Assembly: GCA_964016885.1 (NCBI GenBank)
Contig: CAXHJY010001385.1
Span: 1-19,294, forward strand
Reading direction: 5' to 3'
DNA: 19,294 nt
From: Eledone cirrhosa
Taxonomy: Eukaryota
Part shown: piece by piece, positions 1 through 14,617 of the stretch
Numbering within the stretch: position 1 is the stretch's first letter
Layout: the number at the start of each line of letters is the position of its first letter
Program-made: the position numbers and the translations under genes
Notes under the pieces: model-generated
The model's database searches: none
The model's input: the letters and a program-made list of their open reading frames with translations, nothing else
Told to the model about the DNA's origin: nothing

Positions 1-307
1 TGTATATATATATGTATATATGTATATGTATATATATATGTATATATGTATATATATATGTGTATATATATATGTATATATGTATATGTATATATATATG
101 TATATATATATGTATATATGTATATGTATATATATATGTGTATATATATATGTATATATGTATATGTATATATATATGTATATATATATGTATATATATA
201 TGTATATATGTATATGTATATATATATGTGTATATATATATGTATATATGTATATGTATATATATATGTATATATATGTATATATGTATATATATATATA
301 TATGTAT

Positions 308-353
<46 letters not shown>

Positions 354-432
354 GTATATATGTATATATATATATGTATATATATATGTATATATGTATA
401 TGTATATATGTATATATATGTATATATATATG
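1..432. repeat. (TA)nTG compound microsatellite (truncated by window edge)
   Basis: Only TA runs punctuated by TG, with no C on the + strand; ends where the unique sequence taaaatattaaac begins at 433. Confidence 0.97.
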
Positions 433-1411
433 TAAAATATTAAACAAATAATGAACAAACAATTCCTTATATTAAACAAAAAAAGTTCACTATTTAACGA
501 TCGTTTCTAGGGTATATATGTGCTATAATTGGTATGCATATTTAACAGATCTATGTACAAAATTATACAAAATTATACAAATTATCAAGATTAAATATAC
601 ATACCTAACTCATATATACGCCGTCTTCAGAAATAATGAAGTATATTTATTGATAATAACAACAATTCAAAATATCAGTTCAAAATTGACCAATGAAAAC
701 ACAAAGGGTTAAAAAGCAGTTTGGTGTGTGTATATACATGTAAAACCCTACACACATTTTACAATAATGTGTGTATAATATGTATGTGCATACTAAAAAG
801 ATGGATGCAAATAAAAAATTTCAAGGTTAATATCTCTGTAAGCTTAATGCGCTGATAAGATACGCAATGATACTTATGTAGTCAAGCATATAAATATATT
901 TTTTTCATACTCACACATATCAGTATAATCACACATACATGTGCGTATATATATAAAAATATACACATAACCACGAACACACAAACACACACACACCCCC
1001 CACTCACATTTATATATGTGGATATAAAATCATAAGCAAATAGAAATTAAGTCACTCACATAAACACACTGGTACACACATTTCAAGATCAAGATACAGA
1101 AATTAGGTGGGAGGGGGGGGGAGGGGTCAGTATTAGGTTGTCAGACCAGACAGCCTAATATAAATGTATCTATAAATTATGAAAAATAAAAAAATAAAAA
1201 CAATAAAATATATTACATATAATATAATGTACATACGCATACAGATATACATACACATACATACATGTACGCGCACATAGAGATATCTACACATACATAC
1301 ATACACACATACCTATACTGTCATACACACACATACATTTACACGAACATACACATACACATATAAAAAGATAAAAATACGGACACACACTCACGCAACA
1401 CATACACACAT

Positions 1412-1454
<43 letters not shown>

Positions 1455-1704
1455 TATACACACACACACATAGACTCATATATATATACATACACATACA
1501 TATACTTATACATAAACATATATATCCCACACTCATACCACCATGAAAACACATACAAACATCCAGATGTATATATATATATATATACACATATATATAT
1601 ATATATATAAACATACACACACGTACACATATATGCATATATACATACATATATACACACATACACATATATATATATACACACACACATAAAATACAGA
1701 CATG

Positions 1705-1739
<35 letters not shown>

Positions 1740-1835
1740 TTCATTACCCTTATATATACACATAGTATATATACATACACAACCTCACTTATACACATAT
1801 ACACATAAGTTATATTACAATAATAATAAAGAATA

Positions 1836-1866
<31 letters not shown>

Positions 1867-1995
1867 TATACACACATATACACATATACATACATACACA
1901 TACATATACATACATACATACATACACCTAAATATAAACATATATAAATACACACATACGAATAAAGACATATATTCACACATAGACACCTATAT

Positions 1996-2031
<36 letters not shown>

Positions 2032-3179
2032 ATATACACACACATACACATACATACACATATATACATATATACACATATATACACACGCACACACATA
2101 CAGACACACATACACACTCACATACATATATATATATATATATATATATGTGTATGTGAGTGTGCGCAAATACATACATATATATACACACACACATACA
2201 AACACACACAAACACATACATATGCATACATGCACACACACACACATATATCACATAGATACGAAGATAAACATATAAATAGAGAGACATACAAATATAT
2301 ACAGAACCCATATACACATACATGCAAACACGCATATACATATATACATATATACACACATATATATTCCTATATACAAGCATACACATACACACACATA
2401 TATACATATACCTACACATATATATACCACACATTCACATACACGTACATATATAATACATATATATACATACATATACATACATATGTATGTACAATCA
2501 TATATACACACTCAATCTTACATTCATATTTACATGCTCATATATGTATTTTTATATCCAGAAATAAATACCAAAAAAAAAACTATATAGACACCCATCT
2601 ACCCATATATTCATACATATACACTTACAAAAACAGATGATAATAGTATGGGGGAAAGGGGGGGGTTTGGAGAAGGGGATCAAAGTAAATATATGTTTCA
2701 AGAAACCTATAATATTTTCCATATCTTAATTCAATGTATGTTCTTACATATTTTCAATGCTAGGAAATACGAAATCTATGCATCACAAAATAAAAAAGTA
2801 TACCATTAATCATATGTCAACTAAACCAAAGATAGTCAACATATTGATTTCCAAGGTGTAAATTAGTTAGGTTTATAATATTTGAAGCAGAATTATGAAG
2901 TCAAACAGTAGTAGATTATTAATTACATTATAACTAAATTAAAGTTAATAATAGGGAAAAGAAACCCAAATAAAAATAAAATAAAGTATTACATCGGTAG
3001 TAGCATATAAATTATATGTTAACTAAGTTAAAAATTATATATTTATTTCAATAGTATATGTTAATTAGTATATGTTAATTAGGTATACAATACATAAAGC
3101 AGATATTGTATTTCATCAATAGCATAATATAATTATATGCAAATAAAAATCAAAATTAATACGCATACACATACATATA
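433..3179 (-). repeat. Left arm of ~2.75-kb inverted repeat (PLE 3' UTR/pLTR)
   Basis: Reverse complement of 5423-8181 (433 pairs with 8181, 3179 with 5423). The ORF track shows mirrored ORFs (518..712+ = 7902..8096-; 2251..2511- = 6089..6349+). Confidence 0.96.
486..640 (-). ncRNA. Type I hammerhead ribozyme with long stem II (PLE pLTR, sense copy)
   Basis: Minus strand: stem I UUCAUUAUUU/AAAUAGUGAA; core CUGAAGA; stem II GUAUAUAUG/CAUAUAUAC plus GGUAUGUAUAUUUAA/UUAAAUAUGCAUACC; GAAA; palindromic stem III ACGAUCGU; GUU cleavage triplet (cut between 496 and 495). Confidence 0.8.
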
Positions 3180-3612
3180 CATACACATACACATACATAT
3201 ACATATACATACACATATATATATATATATATATACATATATATACACACATACATACATATATAGTCACATAAATATACATACAGATACACATACAATA
3301 CACACATATACATATACATATAGATATACATATCTTTTTCAAAAAATTTGCACAGAATATATTAACTAGGTATATATCCTAAAACACCTCCCATTCTATG
3401 ATTACATGAAATTCTGCAATTCGTCTGTACAAGGATACTAATTTTAAGCAAATTAAAATTAAAATTAAAGTTTTAGGTTGATTAAAGCTAAAACCAAATA
3501 ATAAATATATTTCCAAAATGTATATTAATTAGGTCAATAATACTAAAAATTCTTTCTCCGTCATAGGATACATGATATTATTTTGTTATATTTTATCTGT
3601 AAAAGAATTATA

Positions 3613-3614
<2 letters not shown>

Positions 3615-3649
<35 letters not shown>
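3615..3649 (+). repeat. A35 homopolymer (U-tract on PLE sense strand, in 3' UTR)
   Basis: 35 consecutive A after ttataat; related ttataataaaaggttaaa motifs follow at ~3652 and ~3683. Confidence 0.85.
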
Positions 3650-3654
<5 letters not shown>

Positions 3655-3872
3655 TAATAAAAGGTTAAACTAAATTAAAAAATTATAATAAAAGGTTAAA
3701 ATAAGTTAAAATTAATCTATAAATTAAATTACTGAATATATATTAGTAATATTTAAAGGTTTTTCAAAATTAATGATTACATAATATTTTCTCATCTGTA
3801 ATAAAATATTAATTAAATTAAATTTATAGGTTAACTAACATTTAAATTAAATTAAATTCTAGAATAATGTTA

Positions 3873-5465
3873 TTAATTAGGTTTATAATATTTAAATGTT
3901 TTTTTTAGTTTATGATTACACGATATAATTAATTCCTGTCTTTTATTTAATAAGATATCCCTAGACTTCATTATTTCAAATAGTTCTTGGGAACATAATC
4001 TACATTCCTTTCTATTATTTTGATAAGGGGTGGCTCTTTTGAGCACACTCCAGGTCAAATCATATTTTATATTTTTATTTTTATAACTATTGATTTTTTC
4101 TGCTAGAGATGTTGTATTAGCCAGTGCGGCATTTTTAAAGCTATGTTTGTGGGTATTATACCTTGTCTTAAAATTGTTAGAGGTAGCTCCTATATATGAG
4201 CAAATAGAATCTTTAGTTTTAACATTACATTTATAGACTATGTTGTTAACAAGACAATTCCCTTTTAATGGGCAGTTTGTTTTGTTTCTACAGTTACATC
4301 CTTTCGTTAATTCTGTATTTGAGGAGATATTATTGTTAATTTGATGTGCTGGTGGTATACTTATAGTTTTCTTACATTTATATGCATTATATGCACTTAT
4401 ATTTTGTTTTATGTTATTTGTTGTAGAATATGAGAATTTAACTGTAGACCTATTTAAGATTTGATGGTATTTGTGGTTTGGCGGGAAGTTTTTCTCAAGG
4501 ATATAAAAAAATTTTTTAGCAATATTATCCTTAACTTGTAAATTAAAAGGAGCATTATACCAAGTAACTCGTCTATTACGGTTTCTATGTTGTTTATTAT
4601 TTTTATTATTTTTATATGTTGTATCATGATTTTTACTAGGAGGAATAATGTTAATGATCTCACCACAACTATTTTTAGTTATATTTGTAGATTTAGGTGT
4701 TTTATCTTTTTTATTAGGAGTTTTATTATTAATATTTATTATAGTCTTATGATGAGTAGTTTTTTGAGGGTTACTATACTTTATATTAGAAGATTTAGTA
4801 TTTTGGGGTATACTGTGGGTGGCATTTAGGTGTGTACCTTTCATTTGGTGTTTGTTGGTAATATTATGCTGTATGTTTTCAGTATTTTTAGTAGAAGTTA
4901 TATACTCTAATCTATTTTTGTGGCCACTTCTATCTAGAGCTTCATTATAAAAGGTCGCATTTTTATCAAATACATCTTGGTTAGAAGAAAGGTTAGAAAT
5001 TCTAAGTGATATATTATATGCAAGGTTTTTAAGGATAGATTTAGGGTGATTAGATTGTGAGTGTATGTAATGTAAGTTTTGGTTAGGTTTATGGTAAGGT
5101 TGGTATATACCCGTAGCTAAATCTAAAGTTATATCTAGGAAATTTACTACTTTACTTGTTTTTTCAAAAGTAATATTAAGATTATAATAGTCCTTAAGGA
5201 AAGTTCTAATATGCTTTTTGTTTTTTTCGATTTCTGAAAGGCTAAGGTTGTTAGAAAGAAGAAGACAGTCATCACGATATAAACCACCTTTGAGGTGGGG
5301 AAAAGAGGCATTTATGTTGAAAAGGAGAAAGAGGCCCACAAGATCAGTAATTTGGGCAGAATCGCTTGAACCCATAGTAATATCAAAAAGATTACTATAA
5401 GTGTTTCTGGTCCAGTATTCATTATATGTATGTGTATGCGTATTAATTTTGATTTTTATTTGCAT
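3873..5465 (-). CDS. PLE polyprotein, 5'-truncated: partial reverse transcriptase + thumb + Cys linker + GIY-YIG endonuclease
   Basis: FDITMGSSDSAQITDLVG (RT motif B'), GLYRDD (motif C, 5279-5268), VNFLDITLDL, YHKP..YIH..SNHP (PLE thumb), CNCR-x4-CPLKGNC linker (from 4298), IVY..YIG (4241-4188), RYNTH, CRLCSQE, LLN, SCNH. No internal stops. The first ~14 codons (5423-5465) come from the inverted arm, so the listed Met is not the real start. Confidence 0.92.
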   Translation of the reverse strand: MQIKIKINTHTHTYNEYWTRNTYSNLFDITMGSSDSAQITDLVGLFLLFNINASFPHLKGGLYRDDCLLLSNNLSLSEIEKNKKHIRTFLKDYYNLNITFEKTSKVVNFLDITLDLATGIYQPYHKPNQNLHYIHSQSNHPKSILKNLAYNISLRISNLSSNQDVFDKNATFYNEALDRSGHKNRLEYITSTKNTENIQHNITNKHQMKGTHLNATHSIPQNTKSSNIKYSNPQKTTHHKTIININNKTPNKKDKTPKSTNITKNSCGEIINIIPPSKNHDTTYKNNKNNKQHRNRNRRVTWYNAPFNLQVKDNIAKKFFYILEKNFPPNHKYHQILNRSTVKFSYSTTNNIKQNISAYNAYKCKKTISIPPAHQINNNISSNTELTKGCNCRNKTNCPLKGNCLVNNIVYKCNVKTKDSICSYIGATSNNFKTRYNTHKHSFKNAALANTTSLAEKINSYKNKNIKYDLTWSVLKRATPYQNNRKECRLCSQELFEIMKSRDILLNKRQELIISCNHKLKKTFKYYKPN

Positions 5466-6564
5466 ATAATTATATTATGCTATTGATGAAATACAATATC
5501 TGCTTTATGTATTGTATACCTAATTAACATATACTAATTAACATATACTATTGAAATAAATATATAATTTTTAACTTAGTTAACATATAATTTATATGCT
5601 ACTACCGATGTAATACTTTATTTTATTTTTATTTGGGTTTCTTTTCCCTATTATTAACTTTAATTTAGTTATAATGTAATTAATAATCTACTACTGTTTG
5701 ACTTCATAATTCTGCTTCAAATATTATAAACCTAACTAATTTACACCTTGGAAATCAATATGTTGACTATCTTTGGTTTAGTTGACATATGATTAATGGT
5801 ATACTTTTTTATTTTGTGATGCATAGATTTCGTATTTCCTAGCATTGAAAATATGTAAGAACATACATTGAATTAAGATATGGAAAATATTATAGGTTTC
5901 TTGAAACATATATTTACTTTGATCCCCTTCTCCAAACCCCCCCCTTTCCCCCATACTATTATCATCTGTTTTTGTAAGTGTATATGTATGAATATATGGG
6001 TAGATGGGTGTCTATATAGTTTTTTTTGGTATTTATTTCTGGATATAAAAATACATATATGAGCATGTAAATATGAATGTAAGATTGAGTGTGTATATAT
6101 GATTGTACATACATATGTATGTATATGTATGTATATATATGTATTATATATGTACGTGTATGTGAATGTGTGGTATATATATGTGTAGGTATATGTATAT
6201 ATGTGTGTGTATGTGTATGCTTGTATATAGGAATATATATGTGTGTATATATGTATATATGTATATGCGTGTTTGCATGTATGTGTATATGGGTTCTGTA
6301 TATATTTGTATGTCTCTCTATTTATATGTTTATCTTCGTATCTATGTGATATATGTGTGTGTGTGTGCATGTATGCATATGTATGTGTTTGTGTGTGTTT
6401 GTATGTGTGTGTGTATATATATGTATGTATTTGCGCACACTCACATACACATATATATATATATATATATATATGTGAGTGTGTATGTGTGTCTGTATGT
6501 GTGTGCGTGTGTATATATGTGTATATATGTATATATGTGTATGTATGTGTATGTGTGTGTATAT

Positions 6565-6606
<42 letters not shown>

Positions 6607-6745
6607 ATATAGGTGTCTATGTGTGAATATATGTCTTTATTCGTATGTGTGTATTTATATATGTTTATATTTAGGTGTATGTATGTATGTGTATGTATGT
6701 ATGTATATGTATGTGTATGTATGTATATGTGTATATGTGTGTATA

Positions 6746-6776
<31 letters not shown>

Positions 6777-7155
6777 TATTCTTTATTATTATTGTAATAT
6801 AACTTATGTGTATATGTGTATAAGTGAGGTTGTGTATGTATATATACTATGTGTATATATAAGGGTAATGAAATGTATATATATATATATATATATATAT
6901 ATGTGCATGTCTGTATTTTATGTGTGTGTGTATATATATATATGTGTATGTGTGTATATATGTATGTATATATGCATATATGTGTACGTGTGTGTATGTT
7001 TATATATATATATATATATGTGTATATATATATATATATACATCTGGATGTTTGTATGTGTTTTCATGGTGGTATGAGTGTGGGATATATATGTTTATGT
7101 ATAAGTATATGTATGTGTATGTATATATATATGAGTCTATGTGTGTGTGTGTATA

Positions 7156-7200
<45 letters not shown>

Positions 7201-8181
7201 ATGTGTGTATGTGTTGCGTGAGTGTGTGTCCGTATTTTTATCTTTTTATATGTGTATGTGTATGTTCGTGTAAATGTATGTGTGTGTATGACAGTATAGG
7301 TATGTGTGTATGTATGTATGTGTAGATATCTCTATGTGCGCGTACATGTATGTATGTGTATGTATATCTGTATGCGTATGTACATTATATTATATGTAAT
7401 ATATTTTATTGTTTTTATTTTTTTATTTTTCATAATTTATAGATACATTTATATTAGGCTGTCTGGTCTGACAACCTAATACTGACCCCTCCCCCCCCCT
7501 CCCACCTAATTTCTGTATCTTGATCTTGAAATGTGTGTACCAGTGTGTTTATGTGAGTGACTTAATTTCTATTTGCTTATGATTTTATATCCACATATAT
7601 AAATGTGAGTGGGGGGTGTGTGTGTGTTTGTGTGTTCGTGGTTATGTGTATATTTTTATATATATACGCACATGTATGTGTGATTATACTGATATGTGTG
7701 AGTATGAAAAAAAAATATATTTATATGCTTGACTACATAAGTATCATTGCGTATCTTATCAGCGCATTAAGCTTACAGAGATATTAACCTTGAAATTTTT
7801 TATTTGCATCCATCTTTTTAGTATGCACATACATATTATACACACATTATTGTAAAATGTGTGTAGGGTTTTACATGTATATACACACACCAAACTGCTT
7901 TTTAACCCTTTGTGTTTTCATTGGTCAATTTTGAACTGATATTTTGAATTGTTGTTATTATCAATAAATATACTTCATTATTTCTGAAGACGGCGTATAT
8001 ATGAGTTAGGTATGTATATTTAATCTTGATAATTTGTATAATTTTGTATAATTTTGTACATAGATCTGTTAAATATGCATACCAATTATAGCACATATAT
8101 ACCCTAGAAACGATCGTTAAATAGTGAACTTTTTTTGTTTAATATAAGGAATTGTTTGTTCATTATTTGTTTAATATTTTA
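5423..8181 (+). repeat. Right arm of ~2.75-kb inverted repeat (inverted PLE 3' region)
   Basis: Reverse complement of 433-3179. The differences I found are homopolymer or microsatellite length changes (e.g. T7 vs A9, A10 vs T8, an extra GTATGTATGT). Confidence 0.96.
7974..8128 (+). ncRNA. Type I hammerhead ribozyme with long stem II (inverted copy)
   Basis: TTCATTATTT(7974-7983) CTGAAGA(7984-7990), stem II 7991-8106, GAAA(8107-8110) CGATCG T T(8118), AAATAGTGAA(8119-8128). Confidence 0.8.
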
Positions 8182-8316
8182 TCTTGACTCTGTATACCGT
8201 TTATCTTTCACCGAAATTGGATTTTCATTACATCTCTTCTTTCCATGATATCCGGAATACATTGAGTTCTTCATACGGATTGGACACTACCGTAAACTCT
8301 TGGTAGATTTATCTAC

Positions 8317-10497
<2,181 letters not shown>

Positions 10498-10967
10498 ATT
10501 GAAACAAAATGAAAACGAAATTTCATTTCTCACTCTTAGTATGGCACTTACTTAAATGTAAGTATGCATGTATACGTACATACATATATGTATACAGACG
10601 TACAGTAGCATGCACATATATATATATATACATATATACATACATATGCATACAGGTACACATACATATATGCACGTATCAGTTTAGCGGCGCTTATTAT
10701 AACGTCACTTTGTTCGTTTGTAAACAAACTGAACAGCCTGAATTTATGCCATACGGTGTTAAGGCAACCACGTCACCTTTTTGTTCAACACTGACACAGG
10801 AACGATGTACTAGTTTCAAGCTTGTTAGCTATCATCAGCACCGTTTACCCATCTGCCAGATAGTTGAACGTTCGAAAGTATATACTTTCCTTATGAAAAT
10901 TAACGGCTGAGCAGCCTAATTTGCATATTGAGTGAGTTAAATCGGTCAGGCATACCGAAAACGATAA
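10498..10967. repeat. Tandem unit 1 (470 bp)
   Basis: Starts attgaaacaaaatgaaaacg. Matches unit 2 except G/C at 10570/11040 and 8 bp more TA. Confidence 0.95.
10783..10869 (-). ncRNA. Type I hammerhead ribozyme (unit 1)
   Basis: Minus strand: AACGGUG-CUGAUGA-UAGCU-AACA-AGCUU-GAAA-CUAG-U-A-CAUCGUU (core 10845-10801). Palindromic stem III ACUAGU; GUA triplet, cut between 10808 and 10807. Stem I extends via CUGGCA/UGUCAG and GUUCAAC/GUUGAAC. Confidence 0.9.
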
Positions 10968-11429
10968 ATTGAAACAAAATGAAAACGAAATTTCATTTCT
11001 CACTCTTAGTATGGCACTTACTTAAATGTAAGTATGCATCTATACGTACATACATATATGTATACAGACGTACAGTAGCATGCACATATATACATATATA
11101 CATACATATGCATACAGGTACACATACATATATGCACGTATCAGTTTAGCGGCGCTTATTATAACGTCACTTTGTTCGTTTGTAAACAAACTGAACAGCC
11201 TGAATTTATGCCATACGGTGTTAAGGCAACCACGTCACCTTTTTGTTCAACACTGACACAGGAACGATGTACTAGTTTCAAGCTTGTTAGCTATCATCAG
11301 CACCGTTTACCCATCTGCCAGATAGTTGAACGTTCGAAAGTATATACTTTCCTTATGAAAATTAACGGCTGAGCAGCCTAATTTGCATATTGAGTGAGTT
11401 AAATCGGTCAGGCATACCGAAAACGATAA
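10968..11429. repeat. Tandem unit 2 (462 bp)
   Basis: Direct copy of unit 1; a third copy begins at 11430 and stops at 11455. Confidence 0.95.
11245..11331 (-). ncRNA. Type I hammerhead ribozyme (unit 2)
   Basis: Identical to the unit 1 HHR, offset by 462 bp (core 11307-11263; cut between 11270 and 11269). Confidence 0.9.
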
Positions 11430-11472
11430 ATTGAAACAAAATGAAAACGAAATTTGTATATATGTATATATA

Positions 11473-11559
11473 TATGTATATATGTATATATATATATATG
11501 TGCATGCTACTGTACGTCTGTATACATATATGTATGTACGTATACATGCATACTTACAT
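11473..11559 (+). repeat. Inverted 87-bp copy of unit 1 segment 10556-10642
   Basis: ...tgtgcatgctactgtacgtctgtatacatatatgtatgtacgtatacatgcatacttacat is the reverse complement of the unit 1 segment and carries the unit 1 allele. Confidence 0.9.

Positions 11560-14617
<3,058 letters not shown>

Larger units (their letters stand above)
433..8316 (-). mobile_element. Penelope-like retroelement (C-terminal EN+, Hydra-clade-like), 5'-truncated, with inverted copy of its 3' region, inserted in a (TA)nTG microsatellite
   Basis: RT+GIY-YIG ORF on the minus strand; ~3.4-kb microsatellite-rich 3' UTR with an HHR near its end; inverted duplicate of the 3' region fused to the truncated 5' end; microsatellite on both flanks. 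Inverted/tandem pseudo-LTR structures and HHRs are established PLE hallmarks. Confidence 0.9.
10498..11559 (-). mobile_element. Non-coding tandem HHR repeat (candidate non-LTR retrozyme / non-autonomous PLE): two units + 26-bp partial unit + inverted fragment
   Basis: Units 10498-10967 (470 bp) and 10968-11429 (462 bp), partial unit 11430-11455, and an inverted copy of 10556-10642 at 11473-11559. Each full unit has a type I HHR on the minus strand. Flanked by microsatellite. Confidence 0.8.

Noticed and set aside
518-712. 64-aa ORF duplicated at 7902-8096
   Set aside because: Antisense to the HHR with no recognisable motif; the duplication is explained by the inverted repeat.
3615-3649. A35 as the poly(A) tail of a separate retrocopy
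   Set aside because: No element body or TSD; it looks like an expansion of a local ttataataaaa motif inside the PLE UTR.
5423-5465. Apparent start MQIKIKINTHTHTY of the 530-aa ORF
   Set aside because: Encoded by the inverted arm beyond the junction; RT motifs upstream of B' are missing, so the ORF is 5'-truncated.
433-8181. DNA transposon with long TIRs (Polinton/foldback/Mutator-like)
   Set aside because: The internal ORF is RT+GIY-YIG, not a transposase or integrase; one arm truncates the ORF and the outer ends are asymmetric.
10509-11372. 133-aa and 66-aa ORFs in the tandem units
   Set aside because: Antisense to the HHR, partly microsatellite, and the frame is changed by the 8-bp indel between units.
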